A stretch of DNA of 64,000 nucleotides, taken from positions 66 through 64,065 of IMG/VR virus record IMGVR_UViG_3300014309_000025. One strand, given 5' to 3'. Position 1 is the first letter of the stretch. Each line of letters opens with the position of its first letter. Positions 18,010 to 28,674 of the stretch are shown in pieces. This stretch comes from a virus. The notes under the pieces are model-generated. The model saw nothing but the letters and a program-made list of their open reading frames with translations, did no database searches and was not told the DNA's origin. The translations under genes and the position numbers were made by a program.

Positions 18010-21000
18010 ATGGCAGTAATAGTATCCGATAACCGCAATCCATCTTACGATGGGAATTTAAGTACAGTAAATGGTTTTTATCGTGTTGAGTTTAGCAACT
18101 TAAGGGCTCTTTATGGAGATATCATTGCCATAAATACTCCAAGGGTTATTCCAATAACATTTGCCAATGGCGGTATTTTTAAGGGTTTTATTACAGCTTT
18201 ATCTTATGCAACTGTTCCCACAGATCGCTCGGTATCTTGTACATTACAGGAGGCTAAAACATGTACTGTAGCTGTGGCTTCTCCAGGAATAGTTACTATT
18301 GCTAACCATGGTTTATCAGAAGGGCAAGAAATTTGTTTTTCAACAACAGGAACTTTCTTAACGGGTATTACACCAATAACAGTATTATACTATGTAAGGA
18401 ATCCTACACAAAATACATTTAATATATCATCTACACCTTCTGCCGCTTTATTAAATTTTACAGGAACTCAGTCAGGAGTTCATACTTGTTGGATTAGTAG
18501 AGATAATGTTACACTTACCTACGATCAGATTTTAACACCGAAGCCGGGAAGAACAAGTCATATTGGTTTTTATACCTATGTTCCTTTTAAATTCGAAGGG
18601 GGTTATACGGTTGATACAACTGTAAATAAGTGGCAAATAAGGATATACAGTACTGCTGCAGGGACAACAGGAACTTATAATATTTTAACCACTGTCTCTT
18701 CTGGTACAGTTTACTGTAGTGCAGTATGGTGTGATACTCAAATAAGTCATACTGACAATGATACATTAGTTGTTGTGGATTTAATTGAGATTGATAAAAC
18801 AGCAGCAATAAGAGGAATTTTAAGTGCTGGAGATACAACAGATGCTATAGCTGCTATTGTTTGTCGATCATTGGGCAATAGTGAAGATGGTTTTGCTAAA
18901 TTAAGATGGAAAAGAAACCCAGTAGCAAGTTATACTTTCACTGTTGATGGGGGAATTGTTATAGGTTTTGATGCCGGAGTAGAGTGTGGCACAAGATCTA
19001 ATCCTATACCATACGCTAAACAAGCTATTTGGTATTTTAAAACAAGAACAGTTGGAACTGCTAATAGTGGAATAAGTTTCTGTAGGACAAGCACATCATC
19101 ACGACCATCCAGTGGATCTTCTATAATATTTTGCGGAGAAATTCCAACTCATAGATTTGGTATTTTAGCTTCTGATGCTGTTGCTGGTCAGAATAAAATA
19201 ACGTTAACAGAAGATAAATCTCTATCTTGGAATGTTGGTGATAGGGTGTATGTTGGGAAGTCTGATGTTCAAGGTCAAGGAAGTGTTGTTGTAAATACAA
19301 TCTCTTCCTTCAATGGAGCTGAAATAACTTTAAATGCCAATATTGCAACTAATAACAGGTTAACTGGGGGGTATGTTATAAATTTTTCAAGAGGTTATGG
19401 AATTTATATATACTCTCAATCTCAGGCTAATCCAGCTATTATAATGTCAGCAGATCCAAATTTCTTTACTTTTACAGGTATTTATTCATTTTCAGTTTCT
19501 CTTATTGCCTATTCCAATTCTAGGTATTTTATTTATGCTGGATATGGAAATATCCCATTACCTAATCAAAGAAAACACGAGATTGAGGATTGTCTTTTTG
19601 AATCTGGTGGAACTACGTTTACATCTGGAATGTCAATTCAAACAATCGGGGAATTAGGTGCAAGTGTACAGCGCAATTTAGCTTTTAGATGTACAGGTTT
19701 ATATAACGTTGGAGCATATTATCATGCCTTACGAAAATCAGGTAGATTACTTTATAAAGATAATATATCTTTAGCTATTTACACTGTAGGACCTGGAGTT
19801 CCAACCACTACTAACTTTAAAGCTGATTTTATAAACAATGTTATTCAAAATGGGTACGATGCTGTTTCTATCTACAATCAAAATACCGTTAGTGGGATAG
19901 GTTGTACATATATAGGAAACACAATATGGGGTTGTAATGTAGGGTTACTCTTAGGTAGTTCGGTGAACGCTATATTGAAAGATAATGTTGTTGATAAGTG
20001 TAGATATGGGATGTTAGTGCAAACAGGCTCTATAATTTTAAATTTTAAAGATGAAAATTCTATTTTTGGTGTTGCAGCAGCTAATGGCAGTAATTATATT
20101 TCAACTGGTATTTATGCGGACATGTTAATCCAATCCCCTTCAGGAGATTTTACTTTAGATACAACTAACATGTTGGATTCTATTTTAGGGACAAAAATTA
20201 AGATCGCTGATAATAATGATACCATAAATAATGACTTAGTTTATTCTACTTTTGGTAATTTTCAAAGATGTGGTGATGGGTTAGCTGATGCCACCGTGCA
20301 TACTTCAGGAACTAATAAATTTAGCTTAAGATTTTCACCAAACAATAATGCAGACACTTTAGATTGGCAGCAGTATGTTCCCACAGGAAATATTCAAAGT
20401 AAAACAATGGCTGTAAGTGTTTGGGTTAAAATTAATTCTAATGTTTATTATACCGGCGTTCATATAAAACCAACCCTAAGAGTAAACTATGATAATGGTT
20501 CTATACTTGAGATAGTTTCAACACCAAATACTGAGTGGCAATTACTGACCGCAGTATTTACCCCAACTACTACATTTGGGCAGATAGAAATAACTATTTT
20601 AGGGTCAACAGATGCTGTAAGCCCAGATTCATATTTTTATGTTGATGATATGAGTGTTTTCTTTCCAGCAGGAAGCTCTCTTAATTTAGGGGGTATGGAT
20701 TTGTGGGCCAACGCTATGCCCATTACTCCTTCTATTGCAACAGTTTCTGTTGCATCAGATTCTTGGGCATTTCCTGAAGCTGCTATAAGTGGAGAAGGTA
20801 CAATCGGTAAAAAGATAAAAGATAATTTAGATGCTGCAATTTCAACGAGATTATCCGCATCCAGTTATGAAGCTCCTGATAATGCGGGAATAGCTGCAAT
20901 TCCAACTAATCCTTTATTAGCAGAAAATTATGTAATACCAGATAACAGTTCTATATCTGATATTTTAGTAAAGGTATTAAGCCTTAATAATTATGATGAT

Positions 21001-21150
21001 TCTATAATTGGGTTATCTGTTACAATAATTAAAAAGCTCGTAAAGAATAAACTCTCCCGAGAAGGGGATATAATTTCTATCTACGAGGATGATGGGGAAA
21101 CTCTATTTACCCAGTTTAATGTAGGTAACCAGGGAAGAGTAGAAATATAA
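18010..21150 (+). CDS. large virion fibre/spike protein with a right-handed beta-helix
   Basis: 1046 aa, beta-rich; SPGIVTIANHGL module, parallel beta-helix repeats (IGNTIWGCNVG, LKDNVVDKCRYG) and a C-terminal carbohydrate-binding-like jelly roll. Confidence 0.65.
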   Translation: MAVIVSDNRNPSYDGNLSTVNGFYRVEFSNLRALYGDIIAINTPRVIPITFANGGIFKGFITALSYATVPTDRSVSCTLQEAKTCTVAVASPGIVTIANHGLSEGQEICFSTTGTFLTGITPITVLYYVRNPTQNTFNISSTPSAALLNFTGTQSGVHTCWISRDNVTLTYDQILTPKPGRTSHIGFYTYVPFKFEGGYTVDTTVNKWQIRIYSTAAGTTGTYNILTTVSSGTVYCSAVWCDTQISHTDNDTLVVVDLIEIDKTAAIRGILSAGDTTDAIAAIVCRSLGNSEDGFAKLRWKRNPVASYTFTVDGGIVIGFDAGVECGTRSNPIPYAKQAIWYFKTRTVGTANSGISFCRTSTSSRPSSGSSIIFCGEIPTHRFGILASDAVAGQNKITLTEDKSLSWNVGDRVYVGKSDVQGQGSVVVNTISSFNGAEITLNANIATNNRLTGGYVINFSRGYGIYIYSQSQANPAIIMSADPNFFTFTGIYSFSVSLIAYSNSRYFIYAGYGNIPLPNQRKHEIEDCLFESGGTTFTSGMSIQTIGELGASVQRNLAFRCTGLYNVGAYYHALRKSGRLLYKDNISLAIYTVGPGVPTTTNFKADFINNVIQNGYDAVSIYNQNTVSGIGCTYIGNTIWGCNVGLLLGSSVNAILKDNVVDKCRYGMLVQTGSIILNFKDENSIFGVAAANGSNYISTGIYADMLIQSPSGDFTLDTTNMLDSILGTKIKIADNNDTINNDLVYSTFGNFQRCGDGLADATVHTSGTNKFSLRFSPNNNADTLDWQQYVPTGNIQSKTMAVSVWVKINSNVYYTGVHIKPTLRVNYDNGSILEIVSTPNTEWQLLTAVFTPTTTFGQIEITILGSTDAVSPDSYFYVDDMSVFFPAGSSLNLGGMDLWANAMPITPSIATVSVASDSWAFPEAAISGEGTIGKKIKDNLDAAISTRLSASSYEAPDNAGIAAIPTNPLLAENYVIPDNSSISDILVKVLSLNNYDDSIIGLSVTIIKKLVKNKLSREGDIISIYEDDGETLFTQFNVGNQGRVEI

Positions 21151-21155
21151 GTATT

Positions 21156-21335
21156 ATGGGAAACTTTCTATTTGTTGGGGATAAAGAGATACATTATCAA
21201 GAATTACCCAGTGTATCCATAATAGGTGGTAATATTAGCGCTATAATAAACCAACCTTTAACTGAGGTAATTAATGTAGTAATAGATGACCCTATAAAAA
21301 TTGAAATTAATGATCTTAATGTAACTATACATTAG
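21156..21335 (+). CDS. 59-aa hypothetical protein
   Basis: Translated by hand (MGNFLFVGDKEIHYQ...NVTIH*); starts 5 nt after the previous stop. Confidence 0.55.
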   Translation: MGNFLFVGDKEIHYQELPSVSIIGGNISAIINQPLTEVINVVIDDPIKIEINDLNVTIH

Positions 21336-21384
21336 GATAACTTTAATAACAAGCTCAAGTCGTCTAATAACAAATAAAGCTAAT

Positions 21385-21732
21385 ATGAAAAAATTATTTT
21401 TAATATTTACATGCCTGTTACCCTTATATGTAATGGGGCAAGCTGAAGGTATCACTACAAAAACAGTAACTGGTGCTGACACCATTACTATTACGTCAAC
21501 AGATAATATTTATGGGTTAACCATTACAGTCCCATTATATTCCACAGATTCAGTAGAAATAACTGGTTTGGAAAAAACCCTTAATTCTACAGATGGTAAA
21601 GTAGAGGATGGTATTATCTTAGCACCGGGTGAGGAATATATTTTCCCAGATAAAAATAGGGTAATAAAATACCTATATATAGTAGTTAGAGATAGGGCAA
21701 GATTAATACCCACCTATATAACTACCAGGTAA
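21385..21732 (+). CDS. signal-peptide-bearing small beta-rich protein
   Basis: Signal peptide MKKLFLIFTCLLPLYVMG|Q. Confidence 0.7.
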   Translation: MKKLFLIFTCLLPLYVMGQAEGITTKTVTGADTITITSTDNIYGLTITVPLYSTDSVEITGLEKTLNSTDGKVEDGIILAPGEEYIFPDKNRVIKYLYIVVRDRARLIPTYITTR

Positions 21733-21741
21733 TAAATTATC

Positions 21742-22227
21742 ATGGGTACTAGTAAAAGAAAAAATACTCTCACTATGCCAACAATCTCGGAGAAGGTTAC
21801 TAAGATAGAGGGAGTGTTAAACTCTTTTGTTATCCAATATAATTATGAAAAAGAAGCAGATAATATAAAATTCAAGGATTTTAAAGATTTTTTACAAAAC
21901 CAAGTATCCAATACCCTTAACCACCACAAGGAACTTAAAGATACTGTTAAACAGCATACTGATGATATAAAAGAAATACGTCAGGATATAAATGCTATAA
22001 TGTTATCTGAAAAAGGTTGCCCTATCTCTGGTATAAAAGTTGATGTTGAGAAGCTTAAAGATGAAACTGATTTCATAAGAGCAAAATATAAATACCCCGA
22101 GATTAAAAAGGGATTAAACCTTTTGAATACTATAACCAATTTGATATCCTTGGTTACTCTGTTAGGTTTAATATTAACTATAATCCTTAACTGGGACAAA
22201 ATACAGAAATTAATAGCAGTGTTATGA
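21742..22227 (+). CDS. coiled-coil protein with a C-terminal transmembrane helix (holin-like)
   Basis: Coiled coil followed by LISLVTLLGLILTIILNW. Confidence 0.55.
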   Translation: MGTSKRKNTLTMPTISEKVTKIEGVLNSFVIQYNYEKEADNIKFKDFKDFLQNQVSNTLNHHKELKDTVKQHTDDIKEIRQDINAIMLSEKGCPISGIKVDVEKLKDETDFIRAKYKYPEIKKGLNLLNTITNLISLVTLLGLILTIILNWDKIQKLIAVL

Positions 22228-23084
22228 CAAACCTGGATTTCTCAATATACCAAGGTAAATCTACAACTAAGAGTTTTACCTTAACCAATAGTAATGGTTC
22301 TATATATGACTTAACAGGAAGTACTGTTAGGTTAGATATTTGGGCATCAGGTAACCCGACAAGGCTATTTACTATAAGTGGTACGATAACATTGTTAACG
22401 GGTATAGTGGCTATACTGATAACCTCAACTGAATCTGTAAATCAGGGCCTATTCGACTATAAGCTAATTGAAGTAAAATCAGATGATTCTGAATTTGTTT
22501 TGGTAGAGGGCAATTTAACAGTAGCACCTTACCTTGAACAAACCCTAACAATAAAAGCTTTCATAAGGGGCGAGTTTCCAACAGAGACATCTTTATCAGA
22601 GGATTTTATTAATACTAAGGTAATTTATTATAAATACTTTCTGTTTGAAGCTGCAAATTTACCCGAGCCCTATATTAGTGATGATTCATCTTGGTCAGTT
22701 CAATGGCGTATGCTTATAGCTAAATTAATTGCCTATGATGCACTAGTGTTAGCATTACGTGGTAGTATAATGGCATTTTCGGGAAGTACTACTAGTGAAA
22801 TGGGGACTACAGTTAAAAAGATTGTAACTGGCCCTACTGAGGTAGAATTTGGGGACCCATCAAGCTTAATAGAAAAATTACTTAAACCTGGTTTAACGGG
22901 GGCTACGGCATTAGATGGCTTAATCACTGACTTATGTGGGCTAGCTAATAAACTGGGGGTTAAAGTACCACCATGTAAAGCCTTGAAGAAAGTATTTGTA
23001 CCACAATATCATCAATATGACGATAACACTTATATATCATTAACGGAGACAGTATCCATTAGTGATACCCCATCAAGAGGATGA
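22224..23084 (+). CDS. head-tail adaptor with an N-terminal BppU-like Ig domain
   Basis: N-terminal IYQGKS...YDLTGST...YKL...LVEGNLTV (BppU-like); C-terminal helical adaptor with VKKIVTGPTEVEF. Confidence 0.6.
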   Translation: MTNLDFSIYQGKSTTKSFTLTNSNGSIYDLTGSTVRLDIWASGNPTRLFTISGTITLLTGIVAILITSTESVNQGLFDYKLIEVKSDDSEFVLVEGNLTVAPYLEQTLTIKAFIRGEFPTETSLSEDFINTKVIYYKYFLFEAANLPEPYISDDSSWSVQWRMLIAKLIAYDALVLALRGSIMAFSGSTTSEMGTTVKKIVTGPTEVEFGDPSSLIEKLLKPGLTGATALDGLITDLCGLANKLGVKVPPCKALKKVFVPQYHQYDDNTYISLTETVSISDTPSRG

Positions 23085-23085
23085 T

Positions 23086-23550
23086 ATGGCTTATGTAACT
23101 ACAGCCCAATGGGCCAGATATAAGAAGGTACTTGATGATGCTGCAGCTTCCTTTAATAAAAAGGTAATCATTTGGAAGCCCTTACAGAGTTCTTTGGACC
23201 GATACTCTGAGGATGCACCCTCTGAATCAACTTACGGTACAATTAATCTAGAATGTCTGGTTAACTATAACGTATTTAGAACATGGCCTTTAACCAAGGA
23301 GACAGAATCAGGGGCAATAGATAAGGAAAACATTGTAGTACTGTTTAACATAGAATACTTAAAACGTTTGGGATACACAGATGCAAACGATAACTTTAAA
23401 TTTAAACCCGACGATGATTATTTCATACTTGATGGACAAAGGTATACCTCTGCGGGAGATACCAAGGTTGCACAAGCTAGTGATAAAGAAATACTATTGC
23501 AAATTATAATGAGAAGGGACACAACTCAAACTTCTGAAACCAAGTATTAA
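23086..23550 (+). CDS. head closure / neck protein
   Basis: Position in the module and DYFILDGQRY pattern; ATG at 23086 lies 1 nt after the previous stop. Confidence 0.6.
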   Translation: MAYVTTAQWARYKKVLDDAAASFNKKVIIWKPLQSSLDRYSEDAPSESTYGTINLECLVNYNVFRTWPLTKETESGAIDKENIVVLFNIEYLKRLGYTDANDNFKFKPDDDYFILDGQRYTSAGDTKVAQASDKEILLQIIMRRDTTQTSETKY

Positions 23551-23568
23551 TTTAAAAAAACAAAGCTT

Positions 23569-24030
23569 ATGAAAAAATTCAAATTTTTAATTACCATGGT
23601 AGTATTAGTACTTACAGTTTTTGCTCCCATCATGGTAATGGGCCAAACAGAAGGGGGTGGGGGATTTGACCCTAGTGGTTATGTTGCTACATTTGCTCTG
23701 TATATTGCTTTCCTACTGGCCGCAGTAGAGGCCGTAATGGCATTTGTAAAAAATACTGATTCCCGTAAAATTATAATTTGGGTTGCTGCTGTTGTTATTG
23801 GGATTCTGGCCTTTATATTAAAGCTGGGTATCTTCTATACAACCTGGTATGTAGGTCTATTATATGTACTTGCTGGGGGGGCGGTTGTATCTGGCTATCT
23901 TACTGCTGAACAAGGCCAGATGTTAATTGACCTTCTCAAAAATTTATTTAAAGATAAAGCAACACTTCAACAGGAAGCAAAGGATAGAGAAATTGCTCTA
24001 CGTGCAAAAAACCAATCCAACTTCCAATAA
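23569..24030 (+). CDS. multi-transmembrane protein (holin candidate)
   Basis: Signal-peptide-like N-terminus ending VMG|Q, three further transmembrane segments and a charged tail. Confidence 0.6.
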   Translation: MKKFKFLITMVVLVLTVFAPIMVMGQTEGGGGFDPSGYVATFALYIAFLLAAVEAVMAFVKNTDSRKIIIWVAAVVIGILAFILKLGIFYTTWYVGLLYVLAGGAVVSGYLTAEQGQMLIDLLKNLFKDKATLQQEAKDREIALRAKNQSNFQ

Positions 24031-24045
24031 ATATTGTACCGGCCA

Positions 24046-24076
24046 GAGGGGGTGAGATAGGCCCCCTCATTTTTTT
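24046..24076 (+). terminator. intrinsic terminator
   Basis: GAGGGGGT / GCCCCCTC plus T7. Confidence 0.75.
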
Positions 24077-24101
24077 GTTTACTATCTAAAGCCTTACTAC
24101 C

Positions 24102-24425
24102 ATGGAAAAATTATTGGATACCCTTTGGGCTGAAATATACCCCTTCCTTAACATGGGGTATATTTTGTTGTTGATATTGTCAGCTAATGTTTTAATAAAC
24201 AAAGCACAAATCCATAAAAACGTAAAATGGTTCTGGTTAGAAGGACATACAGTATACGCTGTACTCTTACTGGCCTTTATAATATCAATTCCTTGGGGGG
24301 TAGTATATTTATATGAGCATAGGCCATTCAGTGACCATTTCAAATTGATAATAAGTTATTGCGTTGCTACCTCTATATATGAGGTATTTATAAGTAAGTT
24401 CCTTAACGATGGTAAGAAAGCCTAG
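24102..24425 (+). CDS. membrane protein (holin candidate)
   Basis: 107 aa with three predicted transmembrane segments. Confidence 0.6.
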   Translation: MEKLLDTLWAEIYPFLNMGYILLLILSANVLINKAQIHKNVKWFWLEGHTVYAVLLLAFIISIPWGVVYLYEHRPFSDHFKLIISYCVATSIYEVFISKFLNDGKKA

Positions 24426-25005
24426 TAATTATAAACCATACACTCCTTCACATGGTTTAAGGGGTAGAGGGGGATTTAATGTAGACGTTAAGTTAGAGGG
24501 GGAATGGTTGAAATTCGGTATGTTAATGTCAAACCTTAGTCCCACAATATCCGCAGCAGCATCGGGGGCTCAAAAGGCATTTGCTGAAAGGTACAGAGAT
24601 GAAGTAAGAAAAAACATAAAACAAGGCGGTAAGAAATTTGGGTACGGGTATACATCAGCTGACTATAAAAAGCAGAAGGCCCGTTATGGGGGTGGATCAA
24701 CTTTACTTAGATGGACAGATTCTTTTTTAAATGCCGTTCAAGTAATTAATCAAGGTATGTTTAAATGGCAGGTAGGAGTACCAACCGGTATACAAAGAAA
24801 TACTACTGGAGTGCCAGGAAGAGAACAGAAGATGGAAGTACATGAGTACGCAAATATACTCGAACAAGGTTACCCCCCGTTTATGCCACCTAGGCCAATA
24901 TTTGCTGATACATTTAGGGATATGGGGGGAAAGGCATTTTTAGCCAAGTTCCTGTCAATGTCATTAGTAAGAAGGTTTTCTAGAATGGGTATCAAAGTTA
25001 CATAA
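24409..25005 (+). CDS. neck / tail-completion protein (HK97 gp10-like)
   Basis: YANILEQG...MPPRPIF motif. Confidence 0.75.
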   Translation: MVRKPSNYKPYTPSHGLRGRGGFNVDVKLEGEWLKFGMLMSNLSPTISAAASGAQKAFAERYRDEVRKNIKQGGKKFGYGYTSADYKKQKARYGGGSTLLRWTDSFLNAVQVINQGMFKWQVGVPTGIQRNTTGVPGREQKMEVHEYANILEQGYPPFMPPRPIFADTFRDMGGKAFLAKFLSMSLVRRFSRMGIKVT

Positions 25006-25007
25006 AT

Positions 25008-25736
25008 ATGAGTACTACAGCCTTAAGCCAAACCCAGGAGATCATAGAAAGGTCCTTATTCGAGAGAATAAGGATTGAGTGTGTTGATAAGGGTTATACT
25101 CCTAACATTGCGGCTACTACGGGAGACCCCCCAGTATTAGTATATCCAAACAGTGTAGTGGGAAAAACTGCATTTGATGCTGCATTGGCCTCTATTGCTT
25201 CTGGCTCTAAGGGGTTCGCTATTGACATATTTAATAATGCTAATAACAAAAACCTGGGTACTAAGAAAATACCAAGGATAGTTTTAAATTCAGACTCATT
25301 CCTTCAGGGACAATTAGGGGGGGATTCAACCAGAGTATTTAGATCAGTAGGTGAAACATTTTCAGCTTATAGGACACCCCCCCAAACTGTTAATTATTAC
25401 TTTAACGTAAGGATAGTATCAAATGATGTTAAACAAGAAAGAATACTTACATCTATAATGTCGCTAGCATTACCTAAAAGGGGTTATGTACCTATATACA
25501 ATGCCCCAAGCTTCAACTTCTTCTGTAGGAACATAAATTCATTTGACCTATCCGATGAGGGTAGCGATATAATAGAAAAACAGTTTTCATTTGAGGTCCA
25601 GGATGCTTGGGATATGGAGGATGAGTTATTAGAAGAAAATATAGCCAAATTAATTAGAATAGAACTTCACCCAAATGTTCAGGCCTATAGGGACAGGGTA
25701 TTCGGTTATAATTCGGATATAATGGTTGTTGAATAA
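25008..25736 (+). CDS. tail terminator / completion protein
   Basis: Lies just before the sheath gene; IPRIVL...YYFNVRIVS pattern. Confidence 0.6.
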   Translation: MSTTALSQTQEIIERSLFERIRIECVDKGYTPNIAATTGDPPVLVYPNSVVGKTAFDAALASIASGSKGFAIDIFNNANNKNLGTKKIPRIVLNSDSFLQGQLGGDSTRVFRSVGETFSAYRTPPQTVNYYFNVRIVSNDVKQERILTSIMSLALPKRGYVPIYNAPSFNFFCRNINSFDLSDEGSDIIEKQFSFEVQDAWDMEDELLEENIAKLIRIELHPNVQAYRDRVFGYNSDIMVVE

Positions 25737-25797
25737 CAATACCAAGAGCATATATAATATATTAACAAAGGAAGTGTAACACCTAAAATTTACTAAC

Positions 25798-27342
25798 ATG
25801 CCTGCACCAGCAAATGTTAAATTTAATGTACAGAACTTTACTAAAGGGGTTTCAACTCCTTTAACTGATATATTCTTCGTAGAGGGTATAACAAAAAGAG
25901 GACCTGTATCTGACCCTAAAGACATTATCACCAGCTGGCCCGATTTTCAAAGGCTATTTGGGGGTTTGTTAACTACTTCTGATTTTCCCTTGCTTTGTAA
26001 GAGGGCTCTTAAGAGGGGGTCTAAATTAAGAGTTAACCGGGTTACTCATTATACTTCTAATGCTACCACTGCTGTAAAAGCACCAGCCTTGAATGTAACT
26101 AATGATGATAGCACACCCGTTAATTTATTCACAATTCAGCCGAAATACCATGGTGTTGATTACAATAACATAACGGTTAAAATAACCGCTGCATCTAATG
26201 CTAATGCCTCATATTTTGATATTCAGGTAGTACATGCAAATGAGGCTGATTTAACAGAAACTTATACCAATATAAAGAACCCTATTGCAAGTACAGCCAG
26301 CAACCAAACTTTCCTGGATGATGTAAAGGTAAGATCACAGTTAATTGATTTTGGCTATATTGATTGTACATCAGTTTCTGACCTTCACCCCGAAGTTGCT
26401 GATTATGCATTTGTTAGTGGGGCTGACGGGGATGCAGTAGTAGATGCTGACTACGCCGGAGTTCAGGCTGACGGTAATGGTTTTTATGCATTCGATAATT
26501 ACGATGATGCCAATATAATTGCTTGCCCAGAAATAAGTACTGCAACTGTTAATGCTGCTGGTGCCGCTTATGCCGCTGCTAGGCAGGATTTAGTATTCTT
26601 TGCTCATTTGTCAAATGCAGTAACAACTGCTGCTGCTCTGGTAACTGCAAGGGATTCTGTGACCCCCAAATCAAAATTCAGTGAGGTATTCGCTGGGGGT
26701 ATTAAACTAAGGGATGAAACAACCCTGCAGGAAATATCAAAATCCGAAATGGGTGATGTATTGGGTATAGCTGCTTTTGTACATGGTACATTAGGACCCT
26801 GGTTCTCATTGGCCGGTTTAAAATCTCGGGTAGATGATGCCATAGGGGTAGTAACAAATTTTGGTACACCAGCTAAAGCAACTAACCTTACCACCCTTGC
26901 ACAGTCCCAGATAAATGTAATGTGTGTAAAAAATGGAGTAGTTCAATTATCTGGTAATTTCTCTGGCCAGATTGAAAATGACCTTGAAAAATTTGCGAGC
27001 ACAGTATTTCTTATCATATACCTTAAAAAGGCTTTGAGACCGGTATTTGAAAGCTACTTGGAAGAACCCAATGACCCCCAGACATGGAAGGCAATGTATA
27101 ACCATGTTAAACCTTTCCTGGATAGTTTAGCCGGACCCGAAAAAAGAGCATTATGGAAATACGAATACATTGATGACCATGATGCAAACTCCCTGTCAGA
27201 TTTGCAAGTAAATACTGCCACTGATGTTCAGAATGGTAAGTACAAAATTAATCTTAAGATTTGGCCCATTGCAAGTTTACAGGAATTGACAATCAATATC
27301 ATGATCGTACAAGGTGCCGAAGGCTCAGTAACAGTCGAATAA
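25798..27342 (+). CDS. contractile tail sheath protein
   Basis: GITKRGPV...ITSWPDFQRLFG, PWFSLAG, EEPNDPQTW and C-terminal NGKYKINLKIWP. Confidence 0.92.
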   Translation: MPAPANVKFNVQNFTKGVSTPLTDIFFVEGITKRGPVSDPKDIITSWPDFQRLFGGLLTTSDFPLLCKRALKRGSKLRVNRVTHYTSNATTAVKAPALNVTNDDSTPVNLFTIQPKYHGVDYNNITVKITAASNANASYFDIQVVHANEADLTETYTNIKNPIASTASNQTFLDDVKVRSQLIDFGYIDCTSVSDLHPEVADYAFVSGADGDAVVDADYAGVQADGNGFYAFDNYDDANIIACPEISTATVNAAGAAYAAARQDLVFFAHLSNAVTTAAALVTARDSVTPKSKFSEVFAGGIKLRDETTLQEISKSEMGDVLGIAAFVHGTLGPWFSLAGLKSRVDDAIGVVTNFGTPAKATNLTTLAQSQINVMCVKNGVVQLSGNFSGQIENDLEKFASTVFLIIYLKKALRPVFESYLEEPNDPQTWKAMYNHVKPFLDSLAGPEKRALWKYEYIDDHDANSLSDLQVNTATDVQNGKYKINLKIWPIASLQELTINIMIVQGAEGSVTVE

Positions 27343-27362
27343 TTCTTTAAACCCATTATACT

Positions 27363-27818
27363 ATGGCTAACTTTGCTAATCCGAGAAAAGGATTTAATTT
27401 TTCCATCCAAATAAGTCCTGACCCCATCAATCCCTTTATGTTTCAGAAGGTAACTTTACCCGACGTAGAAATTGAAGAGGTAGCCCATGGAGATACTAAC
27501 CACGACATTAAAACCGGTGGTAGGGTTAAGTATGGGAAATTAAGTTGTGAAAAGCTAATGCCCTCAAGGCAGTCCGATCAATACATAAATGCTTGGATGG
27601 TGGCTGTAGCCAGTTCAATAATTGGTGGTGGGGTTCCTCCGGATGTTTACAAGAAAGTAATAACTGTAACTGAGTTTGCAGAGGATGGTATGACCCCCGT
27701 TGACGTGCATGTTTATGCGGGTTGCTGGCCATCTAAAAAGAATGGGCAAGAATTAAACAGGATGAATTCAGATAATTCAATTGAAAGCGTAGAATTTTCT
27801 ATTGATACTGCAATATAA
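27363..27818 (+). CDS. tail tube protein (T4 gp19-like)
   Basis: NPRKGFNF...FQKVTLP...GRVKYG...GCWPSK...IESVEF. Confidence 0.9.
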   Translation: MANFANPRKGFNFSIQISPDPINPFMFQKVTLPDVEIEEVAHGDTNHDIKTGGRVKYGKLSCEKLMPSRQSDQYINAWMVAVASSIIGGGVPPDVYKKVITVTEFAEDGMTPVDVHVYAGCWPSKKNGQELNRMNSDNSIESVEFSIDTAI

Positions 27819-27852
27819 GCCAAGACATAAATTTGAGTTGGTAATTCCTTGG

Positions 27853-27886
27853 AAAAAGGCTTCTTATGACTAGGAAGCCTTTTTTT
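27853..27886 (+). terminator. intrinsic (possibly bidirectional) terminator
   Basis: AAAAAGGCTTCT / GGAAGCCTTTTTTT. Confidence 0.8.
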
Positions 27887-27892
27887 GTATGG

Positions 27893-27910
27893 ATACTATT
27901 TAAAATAAAC
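27893..27910 (+). promoter_or_regulatory. phage promoter motif
   Basis: ATACTATTTAAAATAAAC, an 18-mer identical to 50678-50695. Confidence 0.65.
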
Positions 27911-27915
27911 TACCA

Positions 27916-28674
27916 ATGGATAATACCCACACTTTTAAAGTACCATCAGGGTTTGAAGTTACCATAAGAGAACAGAATGGTGCTGATGATGATGTTTTGT
28001 CTAACGCTAAGAACGCAGAAAATGGGATGTCTATTGTCCACTTCTTACACGGTATAATTACAAACTTTAGTCACCTTAATCGTAAACCCACACTTGATGA
28101 GGTTAAAAACCTAAAGATTAGGGATAAATACGTTATAATAATAATTAGCCGAATATTCTCTATAGGTCAATTTGTAGAGTTCGAATATAAGTGGGATGAT
28201 TTAACAGTTCCCACAAAATACGTTGAGGACCTATCCCATTTTATATGGGATTATAATAATCCATTCCCAGAAGTTGGGGATAAGGACTATGACACTTTAA
28301 GGATACAGCCCTATAAAAACCCAGCCGACACTGTAAGGGAGTTTACTACTAAATCTGGGAAAAAACTAAGGTATAAATACTCAAACATAAACTCAGAGAT
28401 TTACCTACTGGCCATTACATCAAAGGGTGAATATAGTGTTAATAAGGAGATATTAGCCAGAGAACTAGATCAAGATATAAATGGTTCATGGGTAAGAGTA
28501 CAAAACTTTGCTAGTTTCTCTAATTCAGACATGAAAGATATAAGGGCAGATATCGTTGATAATGATCTTGCACTAGAGGCATATACTGAAATAAAACATC
28601 CCGACTACCCAGAAAAGGTTCATAGGTTGGGCCTATTAAACAATCCGAATTTTTTCTTTCCAGCCAGGACCTAG
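27916..28674 (+). CDS. tail assembly chaperone
   Basis: Lies between the tube and tape measure genes; ends PNFFFP over a slippery site. Confidence 0.75.
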   Translation: MDNTHTFKVPSGFEVTIREQNGADDDVLSNAKNAENGMSIVHFLHGIITNFSHLNRKPTLDEVKNLKIRDKYVIIIISRIFSIGQFVEFEYKWDDLTVPTKYVEDLSHFIWDYNNPFPEVGDKDYDTLRIQPYKNPADTVREFTTKSGKKLRYKYSNINSEIYLLAITSKGEYSVNKEILARELDQDINGSWVRVQNFASFSNSDMKDIRADIVDNDLALEAYTEIKHPDYPEKVHRLGLLNNPNFFFPART

